DNA from: Dehalococcoidia bacterium
GTDB lineage: Bacteria; Chloroflexota; Dehalococcoidia; UBA2979
Assembly (NCBI GenBank): GCA_965219085.1
Contig: OZ244720.1
Coordinates: 2,944,001-3,008,000, forward strand
Length of the DNA stretch: 64,000 nt
Direction of reading: 5' to 3'
Shown here piece by piece: positions 48,319 to 57,130 of this stretch. Position 1 is the first letter of the stretch; each line of letters begins with the position of its first letter. The translations under genes and the position numbers were made by a program. The notes beneath the pieces were generated by a model. It did not search any database. It had not been told where the DNA came from and saw only the letters and a program-made list of their open reading frames with translations.

Positions 48319-48843
48319 ATGCCGATCGTAGTCACGCGCGTCAGTGACGGTGACACGGTCGTTGTTCGCGAGGACCGGCGGTTCGCGCAGGAGTTTCGGG
48401 TGCGCCTGTACGGCATCGACGCGCCTGAGTCGGATCAGCCGTTCGGGCGCGAGTCTACCGAGGCACTCCGGCGAATGACGAGATCGCAGCCATTGTCGCT
48501 CGACGTCTTCGCCCACGACCAGTACGGGCGTGCGATTGGACTGCTCTACCCGCGAGGCGGCGATCCGCGTCAGTCGTTGAACGTCGCGATGGTTCGCGAG
48601 GGGTGGGCGTACTGCTACCACCGGAAGGGCCGCTACAGCCACGGACTGGACGCGGCACAGCGCCAGGCGCAGGCCGCCAGACGCGGGGTATGGTCTCGGC
48701 GAACCGAGCGGCCCTGGCGTTACCGGCGCCGCATGGCCGAGGAGCCGGCCGCGTCACAGATGTCGATCGAGTCGCGCATCTTCATCGCTGCGGCAGCGCT
48801 GCTCATCCTGGTGATCGTGATCGCGAGGGTGTTCGGCGGTTAG
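48319..48843 (+). CDS. Thermonuclease (SNase) with C-terminal TM helix
   Basis: VSDGDT, VRLYGIDAPE, DQYGR, MVREGWA, A.AARRGVW, PWRYRR; start 48319 or 48256. Confidence 0.88.
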   Translation: MPIVVTRVSDGDTVVVREDRRFAQEFRVRLYGIDAPESDQPFGRESTEALRRMTRSQPLSLDVFAHDQYGRAIGLLYPRGGDPRQSLNVAMVREGWAYCYHRKGRYSHGLDAAQRQAQAARRGVWSRRTERPWRYRRRMAEEPAASQMSIESRIFIAAAALLILVIVIARVFGG

Positions 48844-48857
48844 CGGAGCGAGATCGC

Positions 48858-48887
48858 TTGACCCTCGGGCGGATGCCCACCTACGCT
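48858..48887 (+). promoter_or_regulatory. his operon promoter
   Basis: TTGACC (48858-48863), 18-bp spacer, TACGCT (48882-48887). Confidence 0.6.
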
Positions 48888-48895
48888 CGATTGCG

Positions 48896-48979
48896 ATGCG
48901 AACGATCGAGGTCTACGGCCGCCATGACCATATGCATCGGGTCCATCGGAACCCGTCGCGAAGCTGCGCGCATCGCTAG
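48896..48979 (+). CDS. hisL: His-rich leader peptide MRTIEVYGRHDHMHRVHRNPSRSCAHR (attenuator uORF)
   Basis: 5 His codons, all CAT; upstream of hisZ; followed by a terminator; contains antiterminator-complementary segment. Confidence 0.75.
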   Translation: MRTIEVYGRHDHMHRVHRNPSRSCAHR

Positions 48980-49003
48980 TCGTTCGGCCGATGCCAGTGG
49001 CGC

Positions 49004-49034
49004 GCCGCGACGGGATCCCGTCGCGGCCTTTTTT
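49004..49034 (+). terminator. Attenuator terminator of the his leader
   Basis: gccgcgacggg-at-cccgtcgcggc followed by ctttttt. Confidence 0.85.
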
Positions 49035-49075
49035 GTGCCGCCGCCACCCCGAACGACGCCGGTACGGGACGTGAG

Positions 49076-50095
49076 ATGACCAGCGAACGCAGCGATACCG
49101 CACTCCACCACGCGCACGCGGCTCCCGCGGCCGAACTGCGCAGCCCCGGCATGCACGACCTCGGCCCGGAGGCCATGCGCCATTTCCGCGCCGTCGAGGC
49201 ACGATTCCTCGAGGTCACCGCGCGCGCCGGCTACGCGGAGATCCGCACACCGACCGTGGAGCCGCTCCACCTCTTCACCGGCGCGGGCACGCTCTCTCCG
49301 CAGATGCTGGACCGCGTCTACTCGTTCCTGGACTGGGACGGCTGGAGCGGCGAGCGCGTCGTGCTGCGGCCTGACAGCACGCTGCCCGCCGTGCGCTGGC
49401 ACGAGGAGCAGGCGAGCGGCGGGACGTCGCGGCTGTGCTACGTGCAGCCGGTCTACCGCTTCGTGCCCGGCGGCGGCCAGCGCGAGCAGTGGCAGTGCGG
49501 CGCCGAGCTGTTCGGCCTCGAGGCGCCGGACGGCGACGCCGAGCTGCTGCGGCTGGCGCTCGGCCTGCTCGACGCACTCGGCATCGAGGCCGTGCGCTTC
49601 GACCTCTCACACACCGGCCTCGTGCGCGCCGCGCTTGAGGCAACGGGGCTCGACGCCGCCACCCAGCTCGCCACGCTCGACCGCCTGCTCGACGGTGACG
49701 ACGGCGCGATCCGCGAGGTCATCTGGGCACGGCCCGAGCAGGCCGGGGCGTTGCGCGTGCTGTTTGAGATCGACGGGCACGACGCCGGATACCTTGCGAA
49801 CGTGCGCGCGGCGCTCGGCCCGGTGCCGGGTGCGGAGGCCGCAGTCACCGAGCTCGATGCGGCGGCGCGAGCCCTCGACGCGGCTGGATGTGCGTTCCGC
49901 GTGTCGGCGTCGTCGGTGCGCAACTTCGAGTACTACACGGGCGTCACGTTCCGCGCGCTCGCCGGCGACACCGAGTGCCTGCGCGGCGGGCGCTACGACG
50001 GCCTGGCCGAGACCATCGGCGGGCGCCCGGTGCCGGCCTCCGGCTTTGGTGCGGACATCGAGGTGCTGATGGCGCTCGCGGAGGGCGGCGCATGA
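49076..50095 (+). CDS. hisZ: ATP phosphoribosyltransferase regulatory subunit
   Basis: HisRS-like: PGMHD, GY.EI.TP.VE, VLRPDST, Q.GAEL, EYYTGVTF, GGRYDGL; no anticodon domain; precedes hisG. Confidence 0.88.
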   Translation: MTSERSDTALHHAHAAPAAELRSPGMHDLGPEAMRHFRAVEARFLEVTARAGYAEIRTPTVEPLHLFTGAGTLSPQMLDRVYSFLDWDGWSGERVVLRPDSTLPAVRWHEEQASGGTSRLCYVQPVYRFVPGGGQREQWQCGAELFGLEAPDGDAELLRLALGLLDALGIEAVRFDLSHTGLVRAALEATGLDAATQLATLDRLLDGDDGAIREVIWARPEQAGALRVLFEIDGHDAGYLANVRAALGPVPGAEAAVTELDAAARALDAAGCAFRVSASSVRNFEYYTGVTFRALAGDTECLRGGRYDGLAETIGGRPVPASGFGADIEVLMALAEGGA

Positions 50096-51576
50096 TCGAC
50101 GACTCGATCCGCGTCGCACTGCCTCGAGGCGACCTGCGCGCGCCGCTGGCCGAGCGGCTGGCGGCCGTGAACTTCGCGCCGCCCGGCTACAGCGAGGGCT
50201 CGCGCGCCTACCGCTTCACCGTCGAGGGCCGCCCGCGTGTCGCGGTGCGCGTGTTTTCAGACGAGGACATCCCGATCCAGATCGCCCTCGGCCAGTACGA
50301 CCTCGGGATCACCACCCGCTCCTCGATCGACGAGTTGGTGACGCGCTACGGCCACGACTCGATCGTCTCGTTGCGCGCGCTCGATGTCGGCGAGGCGCGC
50401 GTGGTGCTCGCCGCGCCGGCGGGGACGACGGTGTCGGAGTTGGGCGTGCTGCGTCCGCTGCGCGTCGCCACGACGTTCCCGCACCTCACCGCGCAGTACC
50501 TGAACTGGCTGCGCGTACCCGACTACCGGCTGATCGAGGTCTGGGGCCAGCCCCAGGCGTGGCCGCCGGAAGACGCCGACGCCGCCGTGCTCGCCGTCCC
50601 GGGACGAGAGGGGCCGCCGGCGGTCCTCGAACGTGAGGGCCTCGATGTGGTCGCCGAGGTACACCGCGGCTCGGCATGGCTTGTCGCGAACCGCCACGCC
50701 CTCGGCGAGCATGACCTGCGCGAGGCGCTCGACGCGCTGCTGCAGCTGCCCGCACGTCCGCAGGCGCCGGTCAGCGTGCGCTACGGCCCGCTGCGGCCGA
50801 CGCCGCTCGTGCAGCGTCGCGCAGGCGGCGCGCGGCCGGCGGACGGCGACGGGCGCGACGGCGCGTTGCGCCTCGCGGTGCCGGACGGCCACGCGCAGCG
50901 GCACACCGTGGAGGCGCTCGCGGCCGCGGGCATCGCGTTCGACGGCTACGACGAAGCACAGGCCGTCCGCCGGCCGCGCTCGGCCATCGAGGGTGTCACG
51001 GTGAAGGTGATCCGCCCGCAGGACATGCCGCAGGCGGTGGCCCTCGGACGGTTCGACGTGGCGTTGACCGGTCGCGACTGGCTGGCGACACACCTCGCCG
51101 CGTTCCCGGCGTCGCCGGTCGTCGAACTGTGCGACCTGCACCGCAGCCGCTACCGGATGGGCGCGGTCGTGTCGGAGGACGTGCCGGCCAACACCATCCC
51201 CGAGGCGGTCGCGTACTGGCGGCGCGACGACCCGGGCCGCGCGATCCGCGTCGCCTCGGAGTACGTCGAACTGGCCGACCACTACGCGCGCGAACGGCAC
51301 CTCGGACGGTACCGTGTGATCCCGATCGGCGGCGCGTCCGAGGGCTTCGTGCCAGACGACGCGGAGATATTGATCGAGGGTTCCGAGACGGGGACCACCC
51401 TGCGCGCCAACCGGCTCCGTATGATCGACGTGATCATGGAATCGACGAACTGCGCCATCGGCTCGACGATCCGCCCGCCGGGGGCGCGCGGCGAGCTGCG
51501 CGACCGGCTGGTGGAGCGCCTCGCCGCGGCCGCCCCGCCCCCCGCCCCGTCACCTGGCGGCGGCGGGCCGGCGTAG
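50092..51576 (+). CDS. hisG: ATP phosphoribosyltransferase with two fused short-HisG modules (494 aa)
   Basis: Module 1: VALPRG, DIP...G.YDLGIT, RVATTFP. Module 2: LAVPDG, IRPQDMP..V..G.FDVALTG.DW, RVASEY, ETGTTLRANRL. Confidence 0.88.
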   Translation: MIDDSIRVALPRGDLRAPLAERLAAVNFAPPGYSEGSRAYRFTVEGRPRVAVRVFSDEDIPIQIALGQYDLGITTRSSIDELVTRYGHDSIVSLRALDVGEARVVLAAPAGTTVSELGVLRPLRVATTFPHLTAQYLNWLRVPDYRLIEVWGQPQAWPPEDADAAVLAVPGREGPPAVLEREGLDVVAEVHRGSAWLVANRHALGEHDLREALDALLQLPARPQAPVSVRYGPLRPTPLVQRRAGGARPADGDGRDGALRLAVPDGHAQRHTVEALAAAGIAFDGYDEAQAVRRPRSAIEGVTVKVIRPQDMPQAVALGRFDVALTGRDWLATHLAAFPASPVVELCDLHRSRYRMGAVVSEDVPANTIPEAVAYWRRDDPGRAIRVASEYVELADHYARERHLGRYRVIPIGGASEGFVPDDAEILIEGSETGTTLRANRLRMIDVIMESTNCAIGSTIRPPGARGELRDRLVERLAAAAPPPAPSPGGGGPA

Positions 51577-51600
51577 CCGGCAGGCGCGAGGAGGAGCCGT

Positions 51601-52356
51601 ATGCCCTCGCTCGGATCGCACCTGACCAGCGCCTACGGGCTGGCCGCGCGCCTGGGCACGCCGCACATCGACGCCGACCGCGGCGCCTACTACCTCGGCT
51701 CGACGGCGCCGGACATGCGCATCCTCATGCGCGTCGACCGCAAGCTGACGCACTTCTTCGAACTCAGCGACTTCGAGCCGCAGGACTCGATTGCGCGCAT
51801 GTTCGAGGCGCACCCGGATCTCGGCGACGCGGTCGCGCTCGACCCGGCGATGCGCGCGTTCATCGCCGGCTACATGACGCACCTGCTCATGGACGAGCAC
51901 TACATCCAGAGCGTCTACCGCGTCCACTTCGGCGAGCGCTCCCCGCTGGGCGGCGACCTGTGGGCGAACGTCCTCGACCGCTCGCTGCAGTACGAGATGA
52001 ACCGCCGCGAGCTGGAGGACGACGCCGCGCTCGCCGACGTGCGCACCGCCATCGACGCCTCGCAGTCCGCGGTCGGCGTGCCGTTCATCGAGGAGGAGCT
52101 GTGGCCGGAGTGGCGCGACTTCACGCGCGGCATCACGCACCAGCGCCCGGACTTCGAGCGCTTCCCACGCGTGATGCAGATCCACCTCCGCCGCGTCGGC
52201 TTCTCCGACGAGCGGATCGAGGAGATCGGCAACGATCCGCCGCAGATCATCAACGAGGCGTTCGAGGCCGTGAGCGAGGAGCGCGTCGCCGAGTACATCG
52301 AGGAGGCGACGGAGCTCGCCTTCGACCGCCTGCGCGAGTACCTGCCGGCCCCATGA
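51601..52356 (+). CDS. Zinc-dependent phospholipase C/P1-nuclease-fold protein
   Basis: MP...SH N-terminus, YYLGSTAPD, THF, GYMTHLLMD; GAGGAG RBS; overlaps hisD start. Confidence 0.7.
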   Translation: MPSLGSHLTSAYGLAARLGTPHIDADRGAYYLGSTAPDMRILMRVDRKLTHFFELSDFEPQDSIARMFEAHPDLGDAVALDPAMRAFIAGYMTHLLMDEHYIQSVYRVHFGERSPLGGDLWANVLDRSLQYEMNRRELEDDAALADVRTAIDASQSAVGVPFIEEELWPEWRDFTRGITHQRPDFERFPRVMQIHLRRVGFSDERIEEIGNDPPQIINEAFEAVSEERVAEYIEEATELAFDRLREYLPAP

Positions 52357-53696
52357 CCGCCCAGGCCCTCGCGCTCCGCATCGTCGAGGGCGCCGAGGCG
52401 GCGCGCGAGAGCGTGCTGCGTCGCGACCCCGCTGGCGCGTCCGAGCTTCCCGAGCCCGTGCGCGCCTCGATCCGCGAGACGTTCGGCGCCGACCTGACCG
52501 CCGACGAGGTCGTCGCGCGCATCGTCGAGGACGTGCGCCGCGAGGGTGACGCCGCCGTGCGCCGCTACTCGCAACGCTTCGACGGCTCGGCCGACGCGCC
52601 GATGGAAGTTAGCGCCGAGGAGTTCGAGGCCGCGCTCGACGAGGCCGGGCACGACCTCGTCGAGTCGCTGCGCTACGCCGCCGAGCGTGTGCGCGTCTTC
52701 CACGAGCTACAGCTCGAGCACGGGCCGCAGTCGTTCCTCTATGAAGGGCTGGGCCAGACGGTTCGGCCGATCGAGCGCGCCGGCATCTACATGGCGGGCA
52801 GCGTGGCCGTGCTGCCGTCGTCGGTGCTGCACACCGCCGTCCCCGGCGTCGTCGCCGGAGTGCCGGAGCTCGTCGGCGTGACCGCCGCACGGCCCGATGG
52901 CAGCGTGCACCCGCTCAAGCTCGTCGCCGCCTCGATCGCCGGGGTGCAGCGCGTGTTCCGCGCCTCGGGCGCGCAGGCGATGGCCGCGCTGGCGCTCGGC
53001 ACCGAGTCGATCCCGCGCGTCGACAAGCTCTTCGGCCCCGGCAACCTCTTCGTCACGCTCGCCAAGCGCCAGCTGTTCGGCGAAGTGGGCATCGACGCGC
53101 TCTACGGCCCGACCGAGACGCTCGTGCTCGCCGACGCCGACGCGCCGCCCGACCTCTGCGCCGCCGACCTGCTCGCGCAGGCCGAACACGACGCCCTGGC
53201 CACGCCGCTGCTCATCACCACCAGCCTCGAACTGGCCGAACACGTGCAGATCGCCGTCGAGGAGCAACTCGCGACCCTCGCTCGCGGCGAGATCGCCCGA
53301 GCGGCGATCGAGCGCGGCGGCGCCGCCGTCGTCGAGGACCTCGACGAGGCGATCGAGTTGGCCAACGCGTTCGCGCCGGAGCACCTCTGCATCCTCACCA
53401 GCGACCCCGGCGCGGTGGCCGACCGCGTGACCAGCGCCGGCGGCGTGTTCGTCGGCGAGCACTCGCCCGAGGTGCTCGGCGACTACGTCGCCGGGCCGAG
53501 CCACGTCATGCCGACGGGTGGCTCGGCGCGCTACGCCTCGCCGCTGTCGGTGCTCGACTTCCTGAAGGTCACCTCCGTCGTGGCGCTCCCCGACGACGCG
53601 CTCGAGTCCCTCGGGCCGCACGCCGCGCGGCTCGCGCGCGCCGAGGGGCTCACCGGCCACGCGCGCTCGATCGAGCGCCGGCTGGAAGGCTTCTGA
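52353..53696 (+). CDS. hisD: Histidinol dehydrogenase
   Basis: GAQAMAALALGT, KLFGPGN.FV..AK, GPTE, DLLAQAEH, APEHL, GDYVAGPSHVMPT. Confidence 0.96.
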   Translation: MTAQALALRIVEGAEAARESVLRRDPAGASELPEPVRASIRETFGADLTADEVVARIVEDVRREGDAAVRRYSQRFDGSADAPMEVSAEEFEAALDEAGHDLVESLRYAAERVRVFHELQLEHGPQSFLYEGLGQTVRPIERAGIYMAGSVAVLPSSVLHTAVPGVVAGVPELVGVTAARPDGSVHPLKLVAASIAGVQRVFRASGAQAMAALALGTESIPRVDKLFGPGNLFVTLAKRQLFGEVGIDALYGPTETLVLADADAPPDLCAADLLAQAEHDALATPLLITTSLELAEHVQIAVEEQLATLARGEIARAAIERGGAAVVEDLDEAIELANAFAPEHLCILTSDPGAVADRVTSAGGVFVGEHSPEVLGDYVAGPSHVMPTGGSARYASPLSVLDFLKVTSVVALPDDALESLGPHAARLARAEGLTGHARSIERRLEGF

Positions 53697-54844
53697 TGTC
53701 CGGCCGCTTCGACCTCGACGCCGCGCTACGCCCCGCGCTCCGTGACATGGACGGCTATGAGCCAATCGAGCCGCCCGAGGAGGCCGCGGCGCGCTACGGC
53801 GTCGCGCCCGGGGACGTCGTGAAGCTCGATGGCAACGAGAACCCGTACGGCCCCTCGCCACTCGCGCGCAAGGCGCTCGCGGGTGGCTACGAGGCGCACC
53901 GCTACCCCGACCCCGACCAGCGCCGCCTGCGCGCCGCGCTCGCCGCGAGGCACGCAATTCCCGAGGCGAGCATCGTCGCGGGGGCAGGGGCCGACGAGCT
54001 GATCGACCTCGTGTTCCGCGTCTTCGTCGACCCCGGCGACCGCATCGTGATCGCCTCGCCGACGTTCGGGATGTACGGCTTCGGCGCGCGCCTCTATGGC
54101 GCGACGCTCGTCGACGCACCCCGGCACGAGGCCGACTGGAGCCTCGACGCCGACGCGCTGGTTGAGGCCGCCGGGGGGGCGAAGGCGGTCTTCATCCCCT
54201 CGCCCAACAACCCGACGGGCGGGCTGCTCCCGCCGGACGTGCGCGACCGGCTGCTCGCCAGCGGCGCACTGCTCGTCGTCGACGAGGCGTACATCGAGTT
54301 CGCGCACGGCGAGTCGCTGGTGGAGTGGGCGGCCTCGGGCGACGCGCCGCTGATCGTGCTGCGCACGTTCAGCAAGTGGGCCGGCCTCGCCGGCCTGCGC
54401 GTCGGCTACGGCGTGATGCCGGGGCCGATCGCCGACGCGTTCATGCAGTGGAAGCAGCCCTACGGCGTGAACCTCGCCGCCGAGGCCGCCGCCATCGCAT
54501 CGATCGAGGACGCGATGCTGCTCGACGAGCGGGCGTGCGAAATCGCCGGCGAGCGTGAGCGGCTGGAAGCCCTCCTGCGCGAGGACGGCTGGCTCGAACC
54601 CACGTCGTCTGAAGCCAACTTCCTGCTGTGCCGCATGTCGGATCGCCTCGGCGGTGACGGGGCAGCGCTGCGCGAGGCCCTGGCACGCCGAGGGGTGTTC
54701 GTGCGCTTCTTCAGCGACCCGCGACTGCGCCGCCACGTGCGCATCTCCGCGGGCACACCTGCCGACACCAATCGAGTGCTCGCCGCCCTGGACGAGGCGG
54801 GCCGCGAACTGGAAGGACCAACTTCTGGAGGGGGGGCGCGATGA
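53696..54844 (+). CDS. hisC: Histidinol-phosphate aminotransferase
   Basis: KLDGNENPY, RYPD, SPNNPTG, DEAY.EF, RTFSKWAGLAGLRVGY. Confidence 0.95.
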   Translation: MSGRFDLDAALRPALRDMDGYEPIEPPEEAAARYGVAPGDVVKLDGNENPYGPSPLARKALAGGYEAHRYPDPDQRRLRAALAARHAIPEASIVAGAGADELIDLVFRVFVDPGDRIVIASPTFGMYGFGARLYGATLVDAPRHEADWSLDADALVEAAGGAKAVFIPSPNNPTGGLLPPDVRDRLLASGALLVVDEAYIEFAHGESLVEWAASGDAPLIVLRTFSKWAGLAGLRVGYGVMPGPIADAFMQWKQPYGVNLAAEAAAIASIEDAMLLDERACEIAGERERLEALLREDGWLEPTSSEANFLLCRMSDRLGGDGAALREALARRGVFVRFFSDPRLRRHVRISAGTPADTNRVLAALDEAGRELEGPTSGGGAR

Positions 54845-55440
54845 GCGAACGCCGCGCGACCGTGAACCGCGACACGGCGGAGACGCGCATCCACGTCGAA
54901 CTCGACGTCGACGGGACGGGCGAGGCGCGCGTCGGCAGCGGCGTGGGGTTCTACGACCACATGCTCGAGGCGTTCGCGAAGCACGGCCGCTTCGACCTGC
55001 ACCTCAGCTGCGAGGGCGACCTGCATGTCGACGAGCACCACACGATGGAGGACTGCGCGCTCGCCCTCGGCGCCGCGTTCGACGAGGCGCTCGGCGACCG
55101 CGCGGGCCTCGTGCGCATGGGCGACTCGACGGTGCCGCTCGACGAGGCGCTCGTGCAGGCCGTGGTCGACCTCTCGGGGCGGCCGTACGCGGCGATCGGG
55201 CTCACGTGGGTGGGCGAGCGAGTCGGCGAGGCGACGACGCAGATGATCACGCACGCGCTGCACAGCTTCGCGCAGGGCGCGCGCATCGCCCTCCACGTCC
55301 GCCAGCTCGCGGGCGCCAACGACCACCACATCGCCGAGGCGGCCTTCAAGGCGCTCGGCCGCGCCCTCGACGCCGCGACGCAACTCGACCCGCGCATCGC
55401 GGGCGAGGTGCCGAGCACGAAGGGCACGCTGACGACGTGA
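54841..55440 (+). CDS. hisB: Imidazoleglycerol-phosphate dehydratase
   Basis: R.T.ET, FYDHML, GDLHVDEHHTMED, PLDEAL, NDHHIAEAAFK, PSTKG. Confidence 0.97.
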   Translation: MSERRATVNRDTAETRIHVELDVDGTGEARVGSGVGFYDHMLEAFAKHGRFDLHLSCEGDLHVDEHHTMEDCALALGAAFDEALGDRAGLVRMGDSTVPLDEALVQAVVDLSGRPYAAIGLTWVGERVGEATTQMITHALHSFAQGARIALHVRQLAGANDHHIAEAAFKALGRALDAATQLDPRIAGEVPSTKGTLTT

Positions 55441-56345
55441 GTGAGGTCGTGAGCGGCGACGGCGACCTCGAACGCGACGAACCGCGAGGCCGCGTCTACC
55501 TCGCAGACGGCGTCGAGGTCGCGCGCACGCTCGCCGACGGCTCGGTCGACCTCGTGTACCTCGACCCGCCGTTCAACACCGGCCGGCGGCAGACGCGCGA
55601 GCAACTGCGCACGCGCCGCCTTCCGGAAGGCGCCGAGGACGGCGCGGGCGACCGCACCGGCTTCGGCGGCCGGCGCTACGCGACGGAGCGGATCGGCAGC
55701 CGCTCCTTCGACGACGCCTACGACGACTACCTGGCGTTCCTCGAACCGTTCCTCGTCGAGGCGCAGCGCGTGCTCGCGCCGATGGGGAGCCTCTACCTGC
55801 ACCTCGACTACCGCGAGGTGCACTACGCCAAGGTGCTGGCCGACGAGGTGTTCGGTCGGGCCAACTTCGTCAACGAGATCATCTGGGCGTACGACTACGG
55901 CGCGCGCCCGAAGCGCCGCTGGCCAGCGAAGCACGACAATATCCTGTTCTACGCGAAGGACGCCGCGCGGAACGTCTTCAACGTCGACGACATCGAGCGC
56001 ATCCCGTACATGGCGCCTGGCCTCGTCGGCCCCGAGAAGGCGGCGCGCGGCAAGCTCCCGACCGACACGTGGTGGCACACCATCGTCAGCCCGACGGGCC
56101 GCGAGAAGCTGGGCTACCCGACGCAGAAGCCGCTGGGCGTCCTCGAACGCATCGTGCGCGCCTCCTCGCCGCCGGGCGGCCTCGTCGCGGACTTCGTGGC
56201 GGGGTCCGGCACGACGGGCGAGGCAGCGCTCCGCCACGGCCGCCGCTTCGTCCTCGCGGACCACTCGCCAGAGGCCGTCGAGGTGATGCGTCGCCGGTTC
56301 GCGGGGTGCGAGGCGGTGGCGTTCTGCGAGGGGGCCGAGGCCTGA
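55437..56345 (+). CDS. Beta-class N4-C/N6-A DNA methyltransferase
   Basis: YLDPPFNTG (motif IV) precedes YPTQKP and DFVAGSGTT (motif I); GTGA overlap with hisB. Confidence 0.9.
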   Translation: MSEVVSGDGDLERDEPRGRVYLADGVEVARTLADGSVDLVYLDPPFNTGRRQTREQLRTRRLPEGAEDGAGDRTGFGGRRYATERIGSRSFDDAYDDYLAFLEPFLVEAQRVLAPMGSLYLHLDYREVHYAKVLADEVFGRANFVNEIIWAYDYGARPKRRWPAKHDNILFYAKDAARNVFNVDDIERIPYMAPGLVGPEKAARGKLPTDTWWHTIVSPTGREKLGYPTQKPLGVLERIVRASSPPGGLVADFVAGSGTTGEAALRHGRRFVLADHSPEAVEVMRRRFAGCEAVAFCEGAEA

Positions 56346-57130
56346 TGCACGATCGCTACGCGGGCGACATCGGCGACTTCGGCAAGTACGGCCTGCTGCG
56401 CGCACTGTGCGGCGAGGACGAGCACAGTCCGGCGCTCAGACTCGGCGTGTTGTGGTACCGGTTCGAGGGAGACGAACGCGAGTCACCTGGCGACGGGAAG
56501 CGCATCGACTACCTCGATCCGCCCGACGAGCGTCTGCGTGAGTGCGATCCATACCTGTCTGGACTGATGCACGAGGTGGTCTACGGCCGAGACAGGTCGA
56601 TCGTGAGCGTGGAGAAGAGTGGTGCTCTGCCCGGAGGCGCCACCTTTCACAGCGAGTCGTTGACCTTCCCGGCCCCGGAACGCCGCAGCGAACGGGAGGC
56701 CAAGAGGTGGAACTGGATCGCGAGCGGTCTCGACCTGGTGAAGGACGCCGATCTGGTGTTCGCCGATCCCGACAACGGGCTCGAAATCCCAAGCATGGAT
56801 CCGTTGCTGGCCAAGGGACCCAAGTACGCCTCCTACGACGACCTGATCCCCTGCTGGGATCGCGGCCAAAGCCTGATCATCTACCAGCACGCGACGCGCG
56901 GCGGAGGTGGCATGGGCCTGCAGATCGCCCAGTGCATCGAGGGACTCCGCGAGCACTTCGACGACCTCCCCGATCCAGTCGTGCTGCGCTGGCGGCGCAT
57001 GAGTGCCCGTGCGTACTTCATCCTCCCCGCGCCGGAGCAGGCCGATCGGCTGAGCGCCCGAGTACAGGACGTCCTCGACTCTGAGTGGGGACTGCGCGTG
57101 CACTTCACGCGCTACGTTCCGTACCCATGA
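56345..57130 (+). CDS. Hypothetical protein, possible divergent SAM-dependent methyltransferase fold
   Basis: YAGDIGDFGKYGLLR, GDG, LVFADPDNG, YQH; overlaps both neighbours. Confidence 0.6.
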   Translation: MHDRYAGDIGDFGKYGLLRALCGEDEHSPALRLGVLWYRFEGDERESPGDGKRIDYLDPPDERLRECDPYLSGLMHEVVYGRDRSIVSVEKSGALPGGATFHSESLTFPAPERRSEREAKRWNWIASGLDLVKDADLVFADPDNGLEIPSMDPLLAKGPKYASYDDLIPCWDRGQSLIIYQHATRGGGGMGLQIAQCIEGLREHFDDLPDPVVLRWRRMSARAYFILPAPEQADRLSARVQDVLDSEWGLRVHFTRYVPYP

